Below are positions 19,433-28,210 of a stretch of DNA of 64,000 nt, in pieces. The number at the start of each line of letters is the position of its first letter. Position 1 is the first letter of the stretch. Origin of the DNA: Promethearchaeota archaeon (GTDB lineage: Archaea; Asgardarchaeota; Lokiarchaeia; Sigyniarchaeales; SOKP01). The translations under genes and the position numbers were made by a program. Location: contig JBHLMQ010000009.1 in assembly GCA_048938005.1 (NCBI GenBank), positions 32,001 through 96,000 on the forward strand, written 5' to 3'. The notes beneath the pieces were generated by a model. That model saw only the letters and a list, made by a program, of their open reading frames with translations, did no database searches and was not told where the DNA came from.

Positions 19433-21529
19433 CTAGAGAAATTGATTTTTTGTTATGTGATCCATTTGACCTAATAAAGAAGTATTATTAGATAATCTAT
19501 TATAGAGTTTGTTTATTTCGACTAAAATTACTTCTAATTCATTCTGCTGATATATCTCGTAATTTTCTAAATTAAATCGAGGAGTTAAAAATTTAACTTG
19601 AATATTTAGCATTTCTATTTTCAAATCTAAAAATTCTCTTAAAATATCATAATTTAAATTAGATTTTATATAAAAATCGTCCAGGTATAATAAGTTCACT
19701 AAAGAATTACTCAATCTATTGAAAAAATTAAGGTTTTTTATAATAATAGTGTAGAATTTATCTTTAATTTGTTGTAATTTAAGACTTTTTGTAATTTCAG
19801 GGTTAAATGAATTAAGATCGTATTTTAATTGGGAAAGCAGTTGTAAAATTTGCCCTAATTGGGATAAAACGATAGGTAATTTTTTTGGTATTGGCAGTCT
19901 CTTTATAAAACTACCATTAAATCTTAAAAAACCACCAGCCATATGTAATGTACTAAATAGTGTCTTAAACACTGAATCCAATAATTTAGAATTTAGAATT
20001 GTTAAAAGGCTGAAATATTGATCAGTATTGAACGATGGTATTTTTATAAAATAAAGACCTGTTATATTGGTAAATACACCTGGATCATAATAACATGAAA
20101 GATCTTTTGCTATTTCCCTGAATATTATTTTTTCGGTATTGATATCGCTCCAAATATCCTCAAAGTTAGGATGATAATTAAAATATGAAATCCTAACGTC
20201 TTTTCCCGCAATTTTTATTCTTTTATTAAATTTAATATGATATTTTTCTATATTACCTGTTCCAATTAATAACAAATCATTATCAGATTGGCGTTCATCA
20301 CTGATATTATCAAAATGTTTATGATAATTTAAAAAACCAAAAGGTCGATATAGAATTTTTAAATCTTTAAAGGTTTCAGTAAAGGTATTAAAGTTTCTAA
20401 ATAAATATGTAATTATTTCAATATTTCCTGAGGTTGGAATTACTTTGGAGGGAAATTTATTTATTAAATCTTGATGGAATTTTAAAGTTTTAACTCCATT
20501 ATTTTCGAGTAAATCGTTCAGCTTTTTGAAAATTTTGATAATTACCTCTTGTCCCTTGTCTTGCTTAGCTTTCTTTAGAAATAAAATAATAGGATATGTA
20601 GCAGCGTTTTGAAATATAGGTAATGAAGAAATATTTATGATTTCTTTAATTTCTGATTTATTTAAAATTAATTGTCTAACTTTAATACCATAATCTGCAG
20701 ATAAAAATTTGTTTGGTAAAATAAATGAGAGATGTCCATCAATTTCTAATAATTCTAAAGATCTCTCAATAAAAAGTATTGAAAGATCGAATAATCGATA
20801 AGCTGTTTTATATCTCTTATGTAATTTTTCTTTAAATTTTATATCCTTAATCTTTTTATTTTCCACATAAGGAGGATTTCCAATTATCATATCGAATTTG
20901 TCGGAATTAAAATCTAAAAGAAAATCTATGTTGAATATATTGAATTTTAAATCTAAGTTTCCAATGATTTGGTCAAAATCTGTGAGTTTTAAACTCTTTA
21001 AATTAACATTTTGAACTATGAAGTTATTTAAGTTAGTAGATATAAGCCATTTAATTAATCTCAGCTTTGAGATAATAATAGCTGAATTTTCAATTTCAAT
21101 TCCATAAAGATTATTTTGAATAATTGCTTTTTTAATATCTAAATCAGATAGTTTTGGATCTAATATTCGATAAAAGCGGTATAATTTCTCAGCTAAAGAT
21201 ATTAAAAATCTCCCAGAACCACATGCAGGATCTAATATTCTGATATTTTTAATTATTTTAGTTAACAGTTCTTTAATTTTCTGATTTATAATTAATGAGG
21301 TAAATAATTCCTCTAAATCAGAATCGCCTTGAACTAAATTATGCGAATTAATAAATTTTTCAAAGTAAATTCTGAAACTATTAGATACAATATAATCTAC
21401 AACTTTTTTTGGTGTATAAATTATCCCGAGATTACGATTATCATCTTTTTCTAATAACTTTTCATTTTCAAATCCATCAATAGTTTTCTCGATACAAGTT
21501 AAAAACTCTTGACTTAACGATTTTTTCAT
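19433..21529 (-). CDS. N6-adenine DNA methyltransferase (Eco57I/TaqI-like gamma class), apparently orphan
   Basis: GIIYTP, ILDPACGSGRF (motif I), NLYGIE, IIGNPPY (motif IV), TaqI-C-like KIIFREIAK. Confidence 0.85.
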   Translation of the reverse strand: MKKSLSQEFLTCIEKTIDGFENEKLLEKDDNRNLGIIYTPKKVVDYIVSNSFRIYFEKFINSHNLVQGDSDLEELFTSLIINQKIKELLTKIIKNIRILDPACGSGRFLISLAEKLYRFYRILDPKLSDLDIKKAIIQNNLYGIEIENSAIIISKLRLIKWLISTNLNNFIVQNVNLKSLKLTDFDQIIGNLDLKFNIFNIDFLLDFNSDKFDMIIGNPPYVENKKIKDIKFKEKLHKRYKTAYRLFDLSILFIERSLELLEIDGHLSFILPNKFLSADYGIKVRQLILNKSEIKEIINISSLPIFQNAATYPIILFLKKAKQDKGQEVIIKIFKKLNDLLENNGVKTLKFHQDLINKFPSKVIPTSGNIEIITYLFRNFNTFTETFKDLKILYRPFGFLNYHKHFDNISDERQSDNDLLLIGTGNIEKYHIKFNKRIKIAGKDVRISYFNYHPNFEDIWSDINTEKIIFREIAKDLSCYYDPGVFTNITGLYFIKIPSFNTDQYFSLLTILNSKLLDSVFKTLFSTLHMAGGFLRFNGSFIKRLPIPKKLPIVLSQLGQILQLLSQLKYDLNSFNPEITKSLKLQQIKDKFYTIIIKNLNFFNRLSNSLVNLLYLDDFYIKSNLNYDILREFLDLKIEMLNIQVKFLTPRFNLENYEIYQQNELEVILVEINKLYNRLSNNTSLLGQMDHITKNQFL

Positions 21530-21639
21530 TGAAATTGAGCTATTTATAGTAAATTTCTTTATTTATAAAAATATTAGAAACTATAATAAAAATAATAGAA
21601 TAATTATAAAAAAATTAGAACCTTACATTTAGATCGATA

Positions 21640-22545
21640 TTGAATCCGATTAATAATTCTCTTTTAAATGATCTAATAAATAAGCCACAAATAATAGCTA
21701 AATTAAATTTTGAGGGTATATCTAAAATTTTAGAGAGAGTTATAGATATTTTAAAAGAGGAGAATTTATTTTTAGAATTCAATGTAAATGAACAAACCGA
21801 AGAAGTTTATATAATAGGAGATATCCACGGAAATTTAGAGACTTTATTGAAACTAATCGACATTATAAATAAGAATAACCCGAGCTTAGTTATTTTTTTA
21901 GGAGATATTGTAGATCGGGGACCAAAACAATTGGAATGTTTATTGATAGTTCTGGCTCTAAAAATTCTTTTCCCTTTAAAATATTACATTTTAAGAGGAA
22001 ATCATGAAACCTTAGAAATGAATCAATATTATGGCTTTTTTCAGGATTTTATTTTAAGATTCAAGGATCAAAGTAAATTCAACAAAATCCTAAGCATTTA
22101 TAACGTACTCCCTCTATGTGCTTCAATTAATAAAACAATTTTATGTTTACATGGAGGGATTCCGCAAGATATTGACATTTTGAAGAAATTAAAGGGAAAA
22201 AAAAGTAAGGATCTTAGTATGATATTTCAATCCATCTCACAAAGTATTTATCAAATTATGTGGAATGATCCTAAATCGGGATTGAAAGGTTTTTCAGACA
22301 GTTTTAGAGGCCCAGGAATTAAATTTTTTGGAAACGATGTTTTTGGGAGATTTATGGAAGCAAATAGTCTTAAATATTTAATAAGAGCACATGAATGTTT
22401 TCCTGAAGGATATAGGTGGTTCTTTAATAAAAAACTACTTTCAATTTTTTCATCTGCCAATTATAGAGGATATTTCTCCCCAAATCCGGCATCGTATGTT
22501 ATTATTAAAAATAATGAAGTTATACCAAAACTTATAAAAATTTAG
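21640..22545 (+). CDS. PPP-family Ser/Thr protein phosphatase (PP1/PP2A-like)
   Basis: GDIHG, GDIVDRG, LRGNHE, HGGI, WNDP, RGPG, IRAHE, SIFSSANY. Confidence 0.92.
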   Translation: MNPINNSLLNDLINKPQIIAKLNFEGISKILERVIDILKEENLFLEFNVNEQTEEVYIIGDIHGNLETLLKLIDIINKNNPSLVIFLGDIVDRGPKQLECLLIVLALKILFPLKYYILRGNHETLEMNQYYGFFQDFILRFKDQSKFNKILSIYNVLPLCASINKTILCLHGGIPQDIDILKKLKGKKSKDLSMIFQSISQSIYQIMWNDPKSGLKGFSDSFRGPGIKFFGNDVFGRFMEANSLKYLIRAHECFPEGYRWFFNKKLLSIFSSANYRGYFSPNPASYVIIKNNEVIPKLIKI

Positions 22546-22611
22546 AATTTCAACAAGGTATCGATTTTTTAATTTAAGGAATTCTGATTTTAATTTTAAA
22601 AACTTCTGAAC

Positions 22612-22875
22612 TCATGTAATTTGAGAAGCATCTGGTTTGATAAACAGAAGATTATTTCCCCGAATGAAAATTTCGTTATATTTAGCTACAGGGGTGCCTT
22701 CTAAAAGTTCGGTAGCATCCTCTAATATCATGTTCATGTAAGCATCTATTTCCTTTAACAGTCCTTTATATTCAGTTCCATCTTTTAATCTAAGCAAAAT
22801 TACGCTGTTTTGCGCAGCTTGCAGGATAGATAAAGGATTCTTAGACCTCTGCTGACTGTTATTTCTATCAGACAT
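22612..22875 (-). CDS. Sm/Lsm RNA-binding protein
   Basis: LKDGTEYKGLL..IDAYMNMILEDA (Sm1) and IFIRGNNLLFI (Sm2). Confidence 0.93.
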   Translation of the reverse strand: MSDRNNSQQRSKNPLSILQAAQNSVILLRLKDGTEYKGLLKEIDAYMNMILEDATELLEGTPVAKYNEIFIRGNNLLFIKPDASQIT

Positions 22876-22990
22876 TTAAATACCTTTATAAAATAAATTT
22901 TAATATCATTTAATGAAAAGATAATTTAAAGATAGATTTTTTTGAATTAAAACCTTTTTAATTCGATATTAAAAACAATACGAATAAGTT

Positions 22991-23602
22991 TTGGTTTTAT
23001 TCTTGGAAGAACGCTTTAATAATTCAAATAAAAAGAAAAGAATAATTAATGAATACAATTCATCAGCCCATTTTTATGATAGAAGATATGAGCAGATTCA
23101 ATTAGAGAAATACAATTTAATTTTGAATAACCTTTATTTAAATGGAAAAGTAATTCTAGATATTGGTTGTGGTACAGGATTATTTTTTGAATATATTTTC
23201 AATTTAAAAAAAGAAGAAGATAAAGTTAAATATAAATACGTAGCAATCGATATCTCCTGGAATATGTTGTTAGAATTTCAATCAAAAAAATTAAATTACA
23301 AACCAAAAAATAATATAGAGTTAATATTAGGTGATATAGAAAATCTACCTTTTAGAAAGAATGTATTTCATTCAATTTTTTCACTTACTTCTTTTCAGAA
23401 TTTACCAAATATCAATAGAGGGATAGAAGAGTCTTATAGAGTTTGTATTAATTATGGGGATTTTAAATTTTCAATTCTACGGAAGAATTTGAATCTAGAT
23501 GCATTATTGAATTTGTTAAAGCCATTATCTAGGGAGATCAAAACAATAGATAAAGACATTTTAGAAGATATTATAATTCTAGGGAAATTTTTCAAAAAAT
23601 AA
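22991..23602 (+). CDS. class I SAM-dependent methyltransferase
   Basis: ILDIGCGTG, AIDISWNML, GDIENLPF. Confidence 0.85.
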   Translation: MVLFLEERFNNSNKKKRIINEYNSSAHFYDRRYEQIQLEKYNLILNNLYLNGKVILDIGCGTGLFFEYIFNLKKEEDKVKYKYVAIDISWNMLLEFQSKKLNYKPKNNIELILGDIENLPFRKNVFHSIFSLTSFQNLPNINRGIEESYRVCINYGDFKFSILRKNLNLDALLNLLKPLSREIKTIDKDILEDIIILGKFFKK

Positions 23603-23613
23603 TTTAAAATATT

Positions 23614-24492
23614 TTATTTTTTATAAAAAGAACTTATAATTTCAGCTGCATTGCTTTCAATTCCAAATTTCTTTCGAAAATAATTACAGATATTTGTAAT
23701 ATCTCTTTCTAAAAGTGAATTAGCATTTGGATGATCAATTGGGACCCATTGCAGCCAATCAATTATTAAAATGTTTCCCTTTTCATCTAAAACAATATTA
23801 AATTCCCCTAAATCTCCGTGTATCATACTCGCTTCTTGATAGATTATTTTCAGTTGTTTAATAATTCTATTAAAAATTTTCATGGGCTTTTTAATACTTT
23901 TATAATAAACCAATTCTTTCCCTCTCAGGTATGACATTATAATGATGTGTCTGTTGTATCCTATGGGATTTGGAGTGTTTAAATTGAGTTTATATATTTT
24001 CTCAAGAGCTTCATATTCCTTTCTAGCAGCAAGTCTATTTACATAAAGCCAAGAAAGATGCCCTCTTTCTCCTATAAGATCTCGAAATTTTTTTATATTC
24101 TTAAAGCTAGTTCTCCCCATTCGGTAGAATTTAGCAGCGTGAATGTTTCCTTCATCATCCATGCAGCTATATACGTCTGATTCTTTCCCTTTTCCTATTA
24201 GAGGTCCTAATTGACTGATTATGTTTTTTTCAACTAGAGTATGAAGTGCAAGAAGATCATAAGCTTTAGAATTAAGGGTGTATGCAATTTCATATTTAGA
24301 TGCGTCTCTAATTATTAAATCAAGTTTGTGAACTTTTTTTAGCCGAAAAAGAGTTTCTTCCATCTTATATCTTGAATAAAACTTAATATTACTCACTGTG
24401 ACATATTCTGATCTCTTCATACCAATTTCAATTGCCATAAGTATCCTAAGATCTTCCTTATCCAATCTAGTGAGTAAGTTTGCTACTTCCAC
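23614..24492 (-). CDS. rio2: RIO2 atypical Ser/Thr kinase with N-terminal wHTH
   Basis: EDLRILMAIEIGMKRSEYV, GKGKESDVY, KFYRMGRTSF, IHGDLGEFNI, IIDWLQ. Confidence 0.92.
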   Translation of the reverse strand: MEVANLLTRLDKEDLRILMAIEIGMKRSEYVTVSNIKFYSRYKMEETLFRLKKVHKLDLIIRDASKYEIAYTLNSKAYDLLALHTLVEKNIISQLGPLIGKGKESDVYSCMDDEGNIHAAKFYRMGRTSFKNIKKFRDLIGERGHLSWLYVNRLAARKEYEALEKIYKLNLNTPNPIGYNRHIIIMSYLRGKELVYYKSIKKPMKIFNRIIKQLKIIYQEASMIHGDLGEFNIVLDEKGNILIIDWLQWVPIDHPNANSLLERDITNICNYFRKKFGIESNAAEIISSFYKK

Positions 24493-24503
24493 ATTTTTTT
24501 CAG

Positions 24504-25286
24504 CTAAAAAAGGAATTTTCTATAGGTTTTGAAAAATGATATTAGTTTATATATATTTGGTATTTCAAAAATCAGAATTGCAGCTAAAATTAAAACCAAG
24601 AAGATGAATATATCTTTCTGTAATATCAAATAGTTAGTTAAAGTCCAACCTTCTTGAAATAAAAATAAAAAAGTACCTTGGTTTAAATATAATAATATTC
24701 CTATTGAGATAATTAATCCATTTAGGGAAAATATTATAACTTGATGTTCATTCTCAATTATTCCAATTATTATATTTATGGAAAATAAAATTAATGTAAT
24801 TATAGTGAATATTTTGGAATTCTTAATCCAGGTATCGTACATTATATTATTTATTTGATAGTTTCCATTAGATACCGACCAAGCTAAAGATGTGCTTAAA
24901 TTTAAAAATGATAAAATTGGTAAAATTACAGTAGCAATTATAGAAATACTGTAAATCCTTATAGTTGTAAATCTACTGAATTTTAAGACTTTATTATTTC
25001 CCAATTTTATGGATTCTAATAAAGATTCAAGTTTATTTTGAATCTCTATTGGGAAATTTTCTTTAGCCATGAAAAACTGGATGTTTAACTCAGGAAAGCT
25101 AGAAATTAGCTCTTTTACTTGGCTATAACCTTTCCTGAATTTTGCTTTTTTACTTTTCGGACCACTCCAAAGATAAATGATTTCTTTTTCTTCATCCAAA
25201 ATTGCACAAATGTCATGTGATAATAGACGATGCTCTTCTTCGATCCAATGAGATTTAGACTCATCAAATATGAAAATTCTTAGCAT
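24504..25286 (-). CDS. gelsolin-like domain fused to four transmembrane helices
   Basis: LLSHDICAILDEEKEIIYLWSGPKS matches the gelsolin L.S.D.xxLD...IYxWxG..S core; four hydrophobic segments follow in aa ~108-252. Confidence 0.65.
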   Translation of the reverse strand: MLRIFIFDESKSHWIEEEHRLLSHDICAILDEEKEIIYLWSGPKSKKAKFRKGYSQVKELISSFPELNIQFFMAKENFPIEIQNKLESLLESIKLGNNKVLKFSRFTTIRIYSISIIATVILPILSFLNLSTSLAWSVSNGNYQINNIMYDTWIKNSKIFTIITLILFSINIIIGIIENEHQVIIFSLNGLIISIGILLYLNQGTFLFLFQEGWTLTNYLILQKDIFIFLVLILAAILIFEIPNIYKLISFFKTYRKFLF

Positions 25287-25403
25287 TTAATATCTACTTA
25301 TCTTAACTAAAATTAGCTTTTATTTTTTTCTATAACTCAATAGGGAATAACTAAATAATAATTTATTAAGTCGTTTTATGGAAAAACAATTTTAGATGTA
25401 GAT

Positions 25404-26306
25404 TTAATCTTGACTTTTTATTCTTCTTTTTATTTCTGCCCACATATCATCAATATAGGATTTATACACTTCAATTTCTTGTTGGGTCATTTGACTAAAT
25501 CTTTTTTGAGCTTTAAGATATTCTTCAATAGGTTTACGCTTTGAGGGGTCCAAATATCTACTACTAGGTTTCGATAATTTTAATATTCCATTTTCAACTT
25601 CATATAAAATCCAGAAGCCAGTTTGTACAGCTAAGCGACCAATTAATATCGTATCTTTAGGTTCATATCCCCATCCCGGCGGACAAGGAGATAATATGTG
25701 AAAGTATTTCGATCCATGAATAGTTCTTGCTTTTTTAAATTTATCGTACAAATCTAAAGGATAAGAGGCAATAGCTGTCGCGACATAAGGAATTCCATGA
25801 GCCTCTAAAATTTTTGGCATATTTTTTTTATGACCTAGTTTACCTTCAGGAGTCGTTGTTGTTTTAACTCCTAATGGTGTTGAACCACTGCGTTGAACGC
25901 CTGTATTCATATATGCCTCATTGTCATAGCAAGCATAGATAAAATTCGTTCCTCTTTCAGCAGCTCCACTTAAGGCTTGAATTCCTATATCTGTCGTACC
26001 ACCATCTCCTGCAAAGGCAAGAACAGTAATTTCATTCTCTAAACCTTTATCTTCTAATGATGCCAGAATACCAGATGCGGAGGCGCCTGTTGTCGCAAAA
26101 GGTGTATGGTAAACACTTATTTTTGTCGAGCAAAATCCCTGCATACCATGTAAAACTGTTAAACAAGATGCTGGCACTGTTATTAATGTTTTAGCTCCTA
26201 AAGCTTTTAAAGCAATTCTATAAATCAATGCCATACCACATCCCGCACACGCACGAGTGCCTGGATAAATAAATTCCTCTTCAGGAAGATCCATAACATT
26301 TACCAT
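25404..26306 (-). CDS. porB: 2-oxoacid:ferredoxin oxidoreductase beta subunit (pyruvate/ketoisovalerate type)
   Basis: ACAGCG, GDGGTTDIG, YDNEAYMNTGVQRS, SPCPPGW. Confidence 0.92.
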   Translation of the reverse strand: MVNVMDLPEEEFIYPGTRACAGCGMALIYRIALKALGAKTLITVPASCLTVLHGMQGFCSTKISVYHTPFATTGASASGILASLEDKGLENEITVLAFAGDGGTTDIGIQALSGAAERGTNFIYACYDNEAYMNTGVQRSGSTPLGVKTTTTPEGKLGHKKNMPKILEAHGIPYVATAIASYPLDLYDKFKKARTIHGSKYFHILSPCPPGWGYEPKDTILIGRLAVQTGFWILYEVENGILKLSKPSSRYLDPSKRKPIEEYLKAQKRFSQMTQQEIEVYKSYIDDMWAEIKRRIKSQD

Positions 26307-26312
26307 TATTTC

Positions 26313-27605
26313 TCACCCTCTTTTAAAATAAGTAGATTCATCATAATCACTCAATTCATCTAATCTTAAACCTAAAAATTCTGTTTTATTAGTTAATATT
26401 CCTTGTTTAAACTCATCTAAAGCCCTATGAACACCAGTAATGATATGTTCGGTTTTAACATCTCTACCACCTAATCCTACAATAAAACCCTTAATATTCG
26501 GTCTATTTTTTAAACTATAAAGCGCAGCTTTTAATTCATAAGATAAAACGCCTTCATATCCATATCCAATATCTCGATCAAATACTATAATATTTTCTTT
26601 ATCTTTGAAAAATTCCCTCAATTCTTTATACGGATATGGTCTAAATAATTTAAGGCTTACAATTCCTATTTTTAAACCTTCTGATCTTAGTTTTTTAATC
26701 GCAACTCTGGCTTGAGAAGAAACTGAACCCATCGCAAAAATGATTGTGTCAGCATCCTCAGTTTGGACTGTTTTATATATTCCATCTCCATAAGATCTTC
26801 CAAATTTTCTGGCAAATTCATCATGAACTCCTTTAATTATTTCAATTGAATTTTCTAACGATTTTTGAAGTGCGTATCTATATTCATAATAACCCGGAGC
26901 TATTCCTTCTGCTCGTTTAACAATGTGAGGGGTGGTTACTGGATCTATTCCTTTTACTTGTGAAATGTCGGATAAATTAATATGGTGATTAAGAGGTGGT
27001 AAAAATTCATCAATTTTATCTTGGTTTTCTAATTTAACTGGCATCATAGTATGACTTAATATATATCCATCATACGCAACTATTGCAGGAAGAAATACAC
27101 GAGGATCTTCTGCTATTTTAAATGCTTGAAGATTTGTGTCATAGATTTCTTGATTATTTTCACACATAAACTGAATCCAACCAACATCTCTTATTGTAAT
27201 GAAATCAGAATGATCAGTCCAGACTGACCAAGGTGCTCCAAGTGATCGAGTTGCAAGATTGATTATTATAGGTAATCTATTTCCTGCTGCCCATGGTAGC
27301 ATTTCATACATCAATTCTAAACCATGAGCAGATGTTGCAGTGCCCACTCTTGATCCGGTCGCAGAAGCAGCACAACATACAGCTAAAGCTGAATGTTCAG
27401 ATTCGACTTTAACAAACCTAGCTTTTAACTTTCCTTCTGCTATAAATTCTGCGATTTTTTCTACTACAGGACTTTGAGGTGTTATTGGATAAGCGGAAAT
27501 GACACCCACCTTTGCCTGTCTAAAAGCATGTGCAGCTGCATGATTTCCTGTTAGAATCATTATATTTTTGTCAATACTTGATTTTTTTTCTTGAATCACA
27601 GTCAT
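26313..27605 (-). CDS. porA: 2-oxoacid:ferredoxin oxidoreductase alpha subunit
   Basis: AYPITPQ, VESEHSA, TATSAHGL, DGYILSH, GLGGRDV. Confidence 0.92.
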   Translation of the reverse strand: MTVIQEKKSSIDKNIMILTGNHAAAHAFRQAKVGVISAYPITPQSPVVEKIAEFIAEGKLKARFVKVESEHSALAVCCAASATGSRVGTATSAHGLELMYEMLPWAAGNRLPIIINLATRSLGAPWSVWTDHSDFITIRDVGWIQFMCENNQEIYDTNLQAFKIAEDPRVFLPAIVAYDGYILSHTMMPVKLENQDKIDEFLPPLNHHINLSDISQVKGIDPVTTPHIVKRAEGIAPGYYEYRYALQKSLENSIEIIKGVHDEFARKFGRSYGDGIYKTVQTEDADTIIFAMGSVSSQARVAIKKLRSEGLKIGIVSLKLFRPYPYKELREFFKDKENIIVFDRDIGYGYEGVLSYELKAALYSLKNRPNIKGFIVGLGGRDVKTEHIITGVHRALDEFKQGILTNKTEFLGLRLDELSDYDESTYFKRG

Positions 27606-27901
27606 TCAAATTTCACCTCTTCCATTGTTATAGCTTTTACTGGACATTCTTCCATACAAATTCCACATCCCTTACAATGTTTTAAATCGATTTGAGGTGG
27701 AATGGTTCTCGAAATTACTGCTTCGGGGCAATATAACCAACAATTAAAGCAACTGGGTTTTCCAGATTTAACGGGGATACATTTATTTAAATTAATTATT
27801 GGTTTTTTTGAACTCCAAGTTCCAGTTTCACCTGCTTCTCCGATTACTGGTTTTTGAACGGAACCTAAAATTTTTTGATAATCTTTTTTTGAATCAGTCA
27901 T
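27602..27901 (-). CDS. porD: 2-oxoacid:ferredoxin oxidoreductase delta subunit
   Basis: TGTW..KPII, CFNCWLYCPE, CKGCGICMEECP; ATGA overlap with porA. Confidence 0.9.
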   Translation of the reverse strand: MTDSKKDYQKILGSVQKPVIGEAGETGTWSSKKPIINLNKCIPVKSGKPSCFNCWLYCPEAVISRTIPPQIDLKHCKGCGICMEECPVKAITMEEVKFE

Positions 27902-28210
27902 TTATACATCAAAAATAGTAATAAATTAGATTCTGTATAAAATCAAACGTAGATAAATTTTTAATTCTTACCATTTATAAAAATAATCGTTTAAGGTAAA
28001 ATTCAACTATTTCATCAATAGTACGTTAATAATATTCAATACTTTAGGATTACTTACCTTAAGATAATATTTATGTTTAAATAAAAAATAAATACTTAAT
28101 ATTTCATTAAACCCATAATAAAAATTTTCGAATTTTGGAAGTCTTCGTATATCTTCCGATTTTATGGATTTTTTTGAAAATTATTATAATATCGCAGGTT
28201 AAGGGAAAAA

